A stretch of 64,000 nt of DNA from Methanothrix sp. (GTDB taxonomy: Archaea; Halobacteriota; Methanosarcinia; Methanotrichales; Methanotrichaceae), in NCBI GenBank assembly GCA_037128175.1, contig JBAXWY010000004.1, positions 32,001 through 96,000 on the forward strand, read 5' to 3'. How positions within the stretch are numbered: position 1 is the first letter of the stretch; each line of letters starts with the position of its first letter. The position numbers and the translations under genes were made by a program. Under the pieces are notes generated by a model. The model was not told the DNA's origin. It did no database searches and saw nothing but the letters and a program-made list of their open reading frames with translations. Shown piece after piece: positions 56,410-64,000 of this stretch.

Positions 56410-57639
56410 TTATGCCACCTCCGCGCTAGCTATGAGCTCGTCCACTTGCGTTTGCGACACCGGCGGGATTTCATTAATGCTTTCCACCAGAAGATAGCGA
56501 TCAATCCTCGGCCCGGTTATGGAATAGTATCTTCCCATCAGCTTGCTCTCAATTAATGAGTGCACTACCTCATGATCGAGCGCCTCCATAGCCATCTGTT
56601 TTGCCTCTTCTAATGTGAGATTTAGCAGCCTCTCCGTGGTCTCCCGGTTGACGAGTAGATCCTGCACCCGGCGGCCGTCGTCCAGCACTGCTTTGATGCG
56701 CAGATCATAGGTGCCGTCCACTTTTCCGTGCTCACTGCAGACACCCTTGGCCAAAGATCGCTTGCAAACCGGGCAGCGCTTGATTAGCCCGGAGCCCTTC
56801 TGCACATCCACCAGGGCGCCAGAGAACTCCGCGGCGATGGAGCCAATCTCCACATCGACATCTAACGGCTCGATCTGGCTGGTGCGATTCAGTTTCACGG
56901 AAAACCTGCCCTGAAACTCGTCTGTAACCAGGTTTTTGAGAAGGTAGCTTTTGCCATCCACAAGTTCCGGTAAATCGGCCTTAACCCACTTCACAAATTT
57001 TATGGCACCGGTCTCATCGCCCACCAGTCCTGACTGGGAGATGGCTTCGCTATTCGTCTCCCAGAGCTGTGCCACCTTGACCTTCAGATCAACCCACAGA
57101 CCTGGCTCATTGATCTCTGCCACTGTTACGAGCTGTGCAGCTTTGCTGGCGGGCTTTGCCTCCACATCGACATCTAACGGCTCGATCTGGCTGGTACGAT
57201 TCAGTTTTACGGAAAACCTGCCCTGAAACTCGTCCGTGACCAGCTTTTTTAAGAGATAGCTTCGGCCAAGTTCCAAGTTGGGCAGATCGGACTTGGTCCA
57301 CTTCACAAACTTCATGGACCCCGTCGCATCGCCCACAAGTCCCGTCTGAGAGATGGTCTGGGCCGCAGGCTCCCAGAGATCTAAAACCTTGACCTCCAAA
57401 TCCACCCACTTGCCGGACTCCTTGATCTCGGCGATCTTGACCTTCTCCGAGCCGGCCCTAACCTGAGGCACTATGCCATGCTCTTTGAAAAAGTAATTCA
57501 AAACAGATCTTCTCGCCTCGCCTTCAGGAACGCGAAAATCCACGATGAGCTTCTTTAGGCGAGATTCGATATCCTCCTCAGAGACCTCGATCTTCTGATC
57601 CCTGAGACGAGCTTTTATCTGATCAACCAGTTCTTTCAT
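56410..57639 (-). CDS. rpa: Replication protein A (two OB folds plus zinc finger)
   Basis: Repeated GLVGD.TG..KFVKW OB folds; CPVC...CSEHG, DLRIKAVLDDG. Confidence 0.9.
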   Translation of the reverse strand: MKELVDQIKARLRDQKIEVSEEDIESRLKKLIVDFRVPEGEARRSVLNYFFKEHGIVPQVRAGSEKVKIAEIKESGKWVDLEVKVLDLWEPAAQTISQTGLVGDATGSMKFVKWTKSDLPNLELGRSYLLKKLVTDEFQGRFSVKLNRTSQIEPLDVDVEAKPASKAAQLVTVAEINEPGLWVDLKVKVAQLWETNSEAISQSGLVGDETGAIKFVKWVKADLPELVDGKSYLLKNLVTDEFQGRFSVKLNRTSQIEPLDVDVEIGSIAAEFSGALVDVQKGSGLIKRCPVCKRSLAKGVCSEHGKVDGTYDLRIKAVLDDGRRVQDLLVNRETTERLLNLTLEEAKQMAMEALDHEVVHSLIESKLMGRYYSITGPRIDRYLLVESINEIPPVSQTQVDELIASAEVA

Positions 57640-57760
57640 AAACAATTCAGCCCCCTAATTTTTTTTTTGAGAGGTAACTGTAACTTAGGTCCGGAAGTAT
57701 TTAAACTAAATCTGTGCGGGGCGAAAGTAATCTATTCAAGATCGAGCAGAAGTATATGCA

Positions 57761-58627
57761 ATGGTGATCCTAACCTGGTTTGGAAGAGTTGACCTGCTGA
57801 CCGGATCTTTGCTGACCGAAGCCATGCTTGGCAGAGAAGAGTCGGATGGGATATCAGAGCCTCAGCAGGAGACATCCGGTGCCTTTCCTCTTCCCCAGAC
57901 GGATCTACGCGCCCTGGCCAGGGCCTGTGGCTTTGCAGCCGACGACGGAGAATATAACAGGCTGCTGCGAGAGGCGGCCTTAGGCCTGGTGCGGCGAAGC
58001 ATCCTGTCCGGCAGCACCGTTGAGCAGGATCTGCTCCAGGCCATGGAGGCCCTGGATAATTTGACTCAGGCGATCAATCTGCTGGACGAGAGGCTCTACG
58101 AGTGGTCCCGCCTGCACAGCCAGGAGATCGTCCACGGAAAGGATCTGGCGGAAGGGCTAAAAGAAGACGAAAATATGGGGCTCCTGGCAAAAGCGATCCT
58201 GGGCCTGCGGGAGGCCAGGAAGGCCACGGAGACCGACGTCTCGGCCACGGTGCAGGCCCTGGCCCCCAATCTCTCCTCCCTGGCAGGCAGCGTCCTGGCG
58301 GCAAGGCTCATCTCTCGGGCCGGCGGCCTGTCTCGTCTGGCAAAGATGCCCTCCAGCCGAGTGCAGGTCATGGGCGCAGAAAAGTCTCTCTTCAAGCATC
58401 TTCGGGGCCATGCACCTTCTCCCAAGCACGGCATCATCTTCCGCCATCCTGCCGTGATCGGATCGCCCCGAATGTTGCGGGGACGTGTGGCCCGAACCCT
58501 GGCGGCAAAGCTGGCCATCGCCGCCCGCCTGGACCATTTCGGGGCCGGACTCTCTTTGGATCTGCAGGCATCATTGGACGCCCGCCTGAGAGATATCAAG
58601 CAGAGAGGACGCAATAAGGGCAAATAG
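57761..58627 (+). CDS. nop5: Nop5/Nop56 family C/D box RNP protein
   Basis: WFG, ERLYEW, APNLS, QVMGAEKSLF, PSPKHGIIF, AAKLAIAARLD. Confidence 0.88.
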   Translation: MVILTWFGRVDLLTGSLLTEAMLGREESDGISEPQQETSGAFPLPQTDLRALARACGFAADDGEYNRLLREAALGLVRRSILSGSTVEQDLLQAMEALDNLTQAINLLDERLYEWSRLHSQEIVHGKDLAEGLKEDENMGLLAKAILGLREARKATETDVSATVQALAPNLSSLAGSVLAARLISRAGGLSRLAKMPSSRVQVMGAEKSLFKHLRGHAPSPKHGIIFRHPAVIGSPRMLRGRVARTLAAKLAIAARLDHFGAGLSLDLQASLDARLRDIKQRGRNKGK

Positions 58628-58683
58628 GGATCAGATTTATATTCAATGCCCAGCCATGATGCTTCTGAGGTTGAGGTGTGCAG

Positions 58684-59322
58684 ATGAGATGGTGGTCCGG
58701 ATCGTTGACGCTTGGAGTTTTGATTATATTTATTATAGCTGGCACTAGCATTCTCGTTCCTACGGCAAACAGCGTGCCTCAAAACCTCACCGAGCATTCC
58801 TGGATCTACAGCCAGGGAATTACCGACGATATGCGCATCTACCAGTCGGCAGCCGGTTTTCATGGACAGAAGCTGGTCACGGGAACAAGAGGCACCGGCA
58901 CTGTGTCCCGATCCATAGATGCAGAGGTCTACGGCGGCTTTGAGGACGGCTACAATGAGATCTGGGCGAACGAATGGGGCGTATTCCAGAACCGTCCGTC
59001 CAGATACAGTGCGCCCATAACCAATAGCGAGCTTAAGAATGCTCTATGCGCCAAGAATTATGAGGTAGGATCTATCTATTCGGAGAGCTACTCAGGTCTG
59101 GTGGAACTGATCAAGGATACCTCCGTCGCCCAGACAGACAACAACTCTGTCTACAGCATTCATTCCGAGGTAGAGGGAACAACCAGAGTGGGTGCGCGGG
59201 TGCAAAAGGGCTCCAGGGCGGTGCCCATTTATGTCATGAGCGGAACCTATTCCGGATACCTAAATATGAGGATGTCACTGGAGAGTGGCGACGCATCCGT
59301 CTTGACCCTGCCCTGCCCCTGA
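58684..59322 (+). CDS. Hypothetical secreted protein
   Basis: N-terminal hydrophobic signal; beta-rich body; GAGGTG RBS nearby. Confidence 0.65.
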   Translation: MRWWSGSLTLGVLIIFIIAGTSILVPTANSVPQNLTEHSWIYSQGITDDMRIYQSAAGFHGQKLVTGTRGTGTVSRSIDAEVYGGFEDGYNEIWANEWGVFQNRPSRYSAPITNSELKNALCAKNYEVGSIYSESYSGLVELIKDTSVAQTDNNSVYSIHSEVEGTTRVGARVQKGSRAVPIYVMSGTYSGYLNMRMSLESGDASVLTLPCP

Positions 59323-59352
59323 GGGCATCAAAAATTATTTTGTAATGATATC

Positions 59353-60165
59353 ATGGATTACCTCTCAAGTGGATTCTCGGATATCGATCATTCTAATGAT
59401 CCCTCTTTTTTCTCATCCTGCCTGGTCACCTTGAACTCTCTGCCCTACTTCCAGGATTACAAGAGAAAAAGCTTCAATCTTATGAACGCCCGGACGGGTT
59501 CCAGGGTCCTGGAAGTGGGCTGTGGCCTGGGCTTCGATGCCATTGCCCTGGCCAGGATAGTAGGAAGCACCGGCCGGGTAGTGGCGGTGGACTCCAGCCA
59601 GACCATGCTGGAGACGGCCCGGTCAAGGGCTGAGAACCTCGGCCTTCCTATAGAGTTCGTGCTGGGAGATGCCGGCCGTTTGGACTTCGATGATGGATGC
59701 TTCGACTGTTCCAGAGTGGACAGAACCCTTCAACATATACCTGAGCCTGAGAAGGTCCTAACCGAGATGGCCAGGGTCACCAGGAGCGGGGGCCGTGTCG
59801 TGGCCTATGAGCCGGACTGGGGAACCTTCACCATAGGGTCAATGAACCGAAAGGTTACTCGTAAGATAACAGACCTCTGGTGTGACACCTTCAGGAGCGG
59901 CTGGATAGGACGTAACCTCTACGGGTATTTCAGAGATATGGGACTGGAGGGCGTCCAGGTTTACCCAAGCACCCTTGTAATCACTGACCTTAACCTTGCC
60001 GAAAAGGTCTTCGATCTGTCCAAGAACGCAGAGAAGGCCATGGGTTTGAGTCTGGTATCAAGGTCCGATGCAGAGGACTGGTTAAGGGGACTTGAGGAAG
60101 ATAACCTTAGAGGCAAGTTCTTCTGCACCTACACAGGCTTTTTGGCTTATGGTAGGAAGCCGTAG
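59353..60165 (+). CDS. Class I SAM-dependent methyltransferase (UbiE-like)
   Basis: VLEVGCGLG, VAVDSS, GDA, EMARVTRSGG, EPDW. Confidence 0.88.
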   Translation: MDYLSSGFSDIDHSNDPSFFSSCLVTLNSLPYFQDYKRKSFNLMNARTGSRVLEVGCGLGFDAIALARIVGSTGRVVAVDSSQTMLETARSRAENLGLPIEFVLGDAGRLDFDDGCFDCSRVDRTLQHIPEPEKVLTEMARVTRSGGRVVAYEPDWGTFTIGSMNRKVTRKITDLWCDTFRSGWIGRNLYGYFRDMGLEGVQVYPSTLVITDLNLAEKVFDLSKNAEKAMGLSLVSRSDAEDWLRGLEEDNLRGKFFCTYTGFLAYGRKP

Positions 60166-60317
60166 ATAACTGAATGCTGCCTATTTTAGCTGAAGCCGAT
60201 TGGACTGAGAACGAAGGAATGGAAAAGAAGGAGGGAGGCAAAAGTCTCAGGGATGTAGGAGGGAAGAATAGCCATCGACTTTCGCCAATACACTATACGT
60301 CAATTGCCGAGATAAAA

Positions 60318-60564
60318 GGCTTTCGCTTCACGTTAAGAAAAGACCATTCTCCACCCTAAGAAATAATGGTTCCTCGCTGTATCGAGTGGGTAATAGACTA
60401 ATCGAGTCCTCAGTGAGTCCTCCCTCGCGCTCTGTGTCTGCGGTGGTGGTAGTATCGTCAGCCACTTGGTTATAACCAGCGGCCAACGACGTTTTCACCA
60501 CATAGACACCACAGTTCACAGAAGGACGCACAGAGCGACTAACAACTGGAAATAGCGAAAAGCC
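60318..60564 (-). ncRNA. Candidate structured non-coding RNA
   Basis: Nested inverted repeats at 60318-60327/60554-60564 and 60428-60436/60529-60537, plus a 37-nt hairpin at 60454-60490 whose mismatches become G-U pairs on the minus strand. Confidence 0.4.
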
Positions 60565-60609
60565 AACAAAAATTTTAGGGGTTTAGCTGAGCCGGACTGG
60601 CGTGCGGGC

Positions 60610-61017
60610 TCAAGCGGTAACTTTGGTCTTGGCGATGTACTTGATCAGCTCCGAGCCGATCCTGGCCTTCCTCTGAATCTGATTGGCCACGTCGTCTGCG
60701 GATGCGCCGCTGGCGGCCAGGGCGTGAATCTCCGCAAGCGTGCTGTCTTCCACGGTGAAGTACTCGTCCAGGTCCTTTCTGTGGCCCCAAACGTCGCCTT
60801 CCAGCATCTCAATGCCCTGCATCTCCAGGAATACCTGGATGGCATTGGACATGGTCTTGCGGTAGGATGGCGGAACCTGAATCATCCTTAGCCGGGGACA
60901 CCTCTGCATCAGGTTAAGGAAATCTACATTACTGGCCCGGAAAGCCAGATGAACAGTCTTCTCATTGGGGTTCAAATTGGGGATCTCGTTTCTGGCGCTG
61001 ATTACTCTAAGTCTCAT
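60610..61017 (-). CDS. DUF1699 family protein
   Basis: MRLRVISARNEIPNLNPNE, HLAFRASN, EGDVWGHRKDLDEY; family typical of Methanosarcinales-type methanogens. Confidence 0.8.
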   Translation of the reverse strand: MRLRVISARNEIPNLNPNEKTVHLAFRASNVDFLNLMQRCPRLRMIQVPPSYRKTMSNAIQVFLEMQGIEMLEGDVWGHRKDLDEYFTVEDSTLAEIHALAASGASADDVANQIQRKARIGSELIKYIAKTKVTA

Positions 61018-61143
61018 TTTAGCACTCCATACCTTAAAAGGCATTCCTAATATTAATAGACACTTTCGCTGTACACATCATACTAAAACGATTGCGACAG
61101 AGACAATCAGCACTAAAAAATTGAAATTTAGTACTGTGCGAAA

Positions 61144-61176
61144 GTCAACTACCACGCCCTAAAGGATGGGGCCTCC
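61144..61176 (+). mobile_element. Solo IS200/IS605-superfamily (IscB/HEARO-type) terminal hairpin remnant
   Basis: GTCAACTACCACGCCCTAAAGGATGGGGCCTCC resembles the GTCAACTACC...CTAAAG...GGGGC end motif; no transposase nearby. Confidence 0.55.
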
Positions 61177-61197
61177 TTGGGCAACGAGGTGATAAAT

Positions 61198-62109
61198 TCA
61201 TAGTCCCGCCCCCAGAGACAGCCCTGTTCGCAGCAGCACATCGGCAATTATGGCCGCAAAGAGCACGGCGCGGTAGTTGGCCGACTGGTAGAACAGCTTT
61301 TCACCCCTCTCTGGCGTAGGGTGGCGCACGAAGTCCATGTTTTGCAGCAGAAGCCATCCTCCGGCCGCAGCCGCTGCGGCCAGGTAGAGCCATCCGAGAT
61401 TAGCAGCAAGGCCCAGGGCGAGAGAGAGAATGACGCCGATGATCCAAAAGAGCGCCACCATCTTGGCAGTGGCCGCAATGCCGTAGGTGGCGGGCGTTGT
61501 GGGAATGCCTTTCTCTTTATCACCGGCCACATCTCGCGAGGCATCGCAGTTGGTAAAGCCCCAATCGGTGATGACGATCATGGCCGCCAGGATCAGGGCG
61601 GCGGGATGCATTCCAGGGCCTGCTTTGAGAAGCCCGGCCGGCTCCAGGGCCAGCCAGACGCCCAGGGGCACCAGGCCGAAGGACAATCCCACAAAGATCC
61701 AGGAGAAGGGCGTATTTCTCTTGGCCCAGGCGGAGTAGATGGTGATGAGCAGCGTGGCAGTCAGGAGGATGGCAAAGCTCTCCGGGTTAAGGTAGAGGGA
61801 TATGGCCGCAGCCACGAGAAAAAGAAATAGCGACCATAACTGAGCCTCGCGCTTGCTCAGCATTGCCGAGGGCAGGGGCCGATTGGGCATAGCGACGCTG
61901 TCCACATCGATGTCGCAGCAGTCGTTGTAGACATAGGAGCTGGTGATGGCAGCGTAGGCTCCAATGGAGGCTATGATAAAGGGCAGCAAAGGCGGCAAAG
62001 TCCCCTCTACGGCGTATTCGGCTAGTAGGGCCGCGGCGGCTGGCATGGCCAGATCCATTGCCGCGAGTGGCGGGCGCAGCAGCTCGATGTGCGCCCTGAA
62101 TCTATGCAT
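61198..62109 (-). CDS. UbiA-family prenyltransferase
   Basis: LLRP, NDCCDIDVDSVAMPNRPLPS, YS...K, DASRDVAGD...GIPT; multiple TM segments. Confidence 0.88.
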   Translation of the reverse strand: MHRFRAHIELLRPPLAAMDLAMPAAAALLAEYAVEGTLPPLLPFIIASIGAYAAITSSYVYNDCCDIDVDSVAMPNRPLPSAMLSKREAQLWSLFLFLVAAAISLYLNPESFAILLTATLLITIYSAWAKRNTPFSWIFVGLSFGLVPLGVWLALEPAGLLKAGPGMHPAALILAAMIVITDWGFTNCDASRDVAGDKEKGIPTTPATYGIAATAKMVALFWIIGVILSLALGLAANLGWLYLAAAAAAGGWLLLQNMDFVRHPTPERGEKLFYQSANYRAVLFAAIIADVLLRTGLSLGAGL

Positions 62110-62829
62110 TCAGATGAGTCCCGCGAAGAGCTCCAGATGCTTCTCGGGCTTCGTCATGTAATCCAGAAGACCCGGAACTCTCAGCAGTGGATACATCTCC
62201 CTGCCCTTAGCCAGGCCGAGTTTGCGAAGGCTTGAGCTGTTGGGCGCCTCTACCCTGCGCAGCTCTGCCGCCCCAGGGCATCGAATGTTCTTTATCCAGC
62301 CATCCCTGGTGAAAAAGTAAGCTCCCCCCCCATTCTCTCGGATGGGATCGTAAAGCGATGAGAAGTTCCTGGCCACGTAGTTGGCCATCTTCAGAGTCTT
62401 ATTGGAGCGGTTTATGGTGATATGACCGTAACCGGGTGGCACGAGGACCTTATCTCCCGCTGAGGCGTGGACTGCCACCACATCGCTAAGGTCCTGGTTT
62501 TGCAAAAGGTAAAGTGCTTCACCTTCTATTACCTCGTAAAGCTCCGGGTAGGTGACGCTGCCACCGGGCACAAGCGGATGGTAATGGCCGGCCGTCTTGA
62601 TGTATTCGCATCCGAGCATATTTGGTGGAATAATAGTGATATCATAACGTAGATCCTGTTGCAGGAGCTTCTCTTTATCCGCCCTGCTTAAGAAAAGGTC
62701 GCGATACATGTAATAAAGCTCAAAGTCCTCTGCCCCGGAAAGCCAGCTTTGATCAAAGATCACGTCCTTCATATCAAAAAGCCGACGAACATCGGCCGTT
62801 CGCATTTTGCCGCTAAACTCCATCTGCAT
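62110..62829 (-). CDS. Cupin-type glucose-6-phosphate isomerase family protein
   Basis: LYYMYRD, LRYDIT, KTAGHYH, YPELYEV, VPPGYGHITIN. Confidence 0.85.
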   Translation of the reverse strand: MQMEFSGKMRTADVRRLFDMKDVIFDQSWLSGAEDFELYYMYRDLFLSRADKEKLLQQDLRYDITIIPPNMLGCEYIKTAGHYHPLVPGGSVTYPELYEVIEGEALYLLQNQDLSDVVAVHASAGDKVLVPPGYGHITINRSNKTLKMANYVARNFSSLYDPIRENGGGAYFFTRDGWIKNIRCPGAAELRRVEAPNSSSLRKLGLAKGREMYPLLRVPGLLDYMTKPEKHLELFAGLI

Positions 62830-62971
62830 TTTCTCTGCCACCAAACGATTATGAGCATTTCTGGATTAAATATGTTCCATTTCCTGTCGATCTTTTCTTT
62901 CCAGAAAATATCACCCGCACAGCTAAGACCGGCCAATTCTAAAGGCAAGATGTCTTCAGTTGCTACTAGCT

Positions 62972-63421
62972 TTAGCAGGCTTCTGGACTGGTGATAGTGA
63001 AGTACTCTGTGAGCACCTTCCGATAGTCCACAATCACATCCACCTTCCAGGTTCCAGGCAGGCGGGCGACGTCTGTTCCCTTGATCTTAAGGCAGCTCCA
63101 GACAGGTGCGGCCCACATTCCCGTAAATCCGTCGATGGGCGGTATGGTGCTAAAAGACCGGGCATACGTCCTGCCCTCGGGCCAGTACCATCTCCATTCC
63201 ACACTGTGTACCTTGGCGTCCCGCCAGATGAGCAGCCAGGAGGCTACCTGCTCGTCATCGGAGGTAAATGTATACGTCCTGTAAAGCGGCATGCCGTTTT
63301 GGCTAATCTCTTTGGCTATGGTATGCTCGGAAAGCGGAAAGAACATGGGATGGGATGCTTGAACTACCCCGCCCATGAGCAAAACCGCCAGAACGACTAT
63401 TGCTAGAACTCTTTCTCTCAT
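62972..63421 (-). CDS. Hypothetical secreted protein
   Basis: Signal peptide; EWRWYWPEG and LPGTWKVDV...FTI beta-sandwich pattern. Confidence 0.65.
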   Translation of the reverse strand: MRERVLAIVVLAVLLMGGVVQASHPMFFPLSEHTIAKEISQNGMPLYRTYTFTSDDEQVASWLLIWRDAKVHSVEWRWYWPEGRTYARSFSTIPPIDGFTGMWAAPVWSCLKIKGTDVARLPGTWKVDVIVDYRKVLTEYFTITSPEAC

Positions 63422-63526
63422 TGCTCCTCACCCACTACTCCTTAAGTTTATTGCGACCCTAATAGTATAATAATTAACTGTACCATAAAAAGATGACGAT
63501 TGGATTTTTTTCAAGGACAATCCTGT

Positions 63527-64000
63527 TTAGACCAATAACGGGCTTATGCCCCGTCCTCTGGCAATTTCTCCAGGAAGATCTATCACGCTCGATACGGCAT
63601 CGATCACATTTCCGTCACTGCTGGCAACTATGGATCCGCATGTTTTGAGCTGATGATCGACATCTCTCGCGCACCTGGCCGCGCCAGGAAGAGCCCGCTC
63701 TGCCATCAGGCGGCGCACCTCTTTGGCCAGTTCTCCGCTGCGGCTAATTTGCTGGTCCAAGAGCACCTCTACGCGAGCAGCCCCGGCAGCAGCCAGCAGA
63801 TCCAAAATATTGGAGAACGCGCAAACGGTAATTCGCGATGCATTGTCGCTTCTGAAAAATCCTCGCGTATCTCGCAAAAAGCCGTCGTCACAGAGGTAGA
63901 CGGGAAATCCCGCCAGCAGGCTTTGTGTAGTGATGAGAACATTGTAGCCGTCCACGAACACCGCCATGCCGCGTAGGGCATGTAGCCGCCGGGCCTTGGC
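63527..64000 (-). CDS. DUF434-family (NYN/PIN-like) protein; 5' end lies beyond the window
   Basis: VFVDGYNVLIT, DDGFLRD, ISRSGELA, DVD..LK, VASSD..ID. Confidence 0.75.
   Translation of the reverse strand, partial: AKARRLHALRGMAVFVDGYNVLITTQSLLAGFPVYLCDDGFLRDTRGFFRSDNASRITVCAFSNILDLLAAAGAARVEVLLDQQISRSGELAKEVRRLMAERALPGAARCARDVDHQLKTCGSIVASSDGNVIDAVSSVIDLPGEIARGRGISPLLV

Noticed and set aside
60170-60600. RNase P or SRP RNA; small ORFs 60174-60359 and 60328-60531
   Set aside because: Conserved RNase P (GAGGAAAGTCC) and SRP helix-8 motifs were not found; the ORFs lack RBS or motif support.
1-64000. tRNA, rRNA, intact transposases, integrases, inteins
   Set aside because: None recognised by eye; tRNAscan-SE, barrnap and ISEScan would be needed to exclude them formally.

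Overview
Archaeal chromosome segment, most likely from a Methanothrix-like methanogen (inferred from the A1Ao ATP synthase operon, topoisomerase VI, RPA, Nop5, Trm112, form III RuBisCO and DUF1699). All product calls come from motifs and recognition, with no database search. Layout: (1) 1-7.8 kb, a SynChlorMet-type RiPP cluster with a partial nucleotidyltransferase, two PqqD/RRE proteins, three radical SAM/SPASM enzymes, an ScmC kinase-like/S24-S26 peptidase fusion, and five homologous ~70-aa Cys/Gly/Ser-rich precursor genes amplified by a visible duplication unit. (2) 8.5-18 kb, a sugar-phosphate cluster with an AOR-family enzyme plus Fe-S subunit, three FBP aldolase/phosphatase genes and RuBisCO, interrupted by an AT-rich AAA ATPase plus nuclease-like pair. 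(3) 18-26.8 kb, the ATP synthase operon HIKECFABD plus a small membrane ORF. (4) 27-33 kb, housekeeping genes. (5) 33.4-48.3 kb, a variable region between truA and pyrG where toxin-antitoxin and defence-like modules alternate with seven same-orientation copies of a GC-rich non-coding repeat. (6) 48-64 kb, housekeeping genes with a candidate structured ncRNA and a solo IS200/IS605-type end. The two strongest leads are the multi-precursor RiPP system and the repeat-punctuated, cassette-like TA/defence array.
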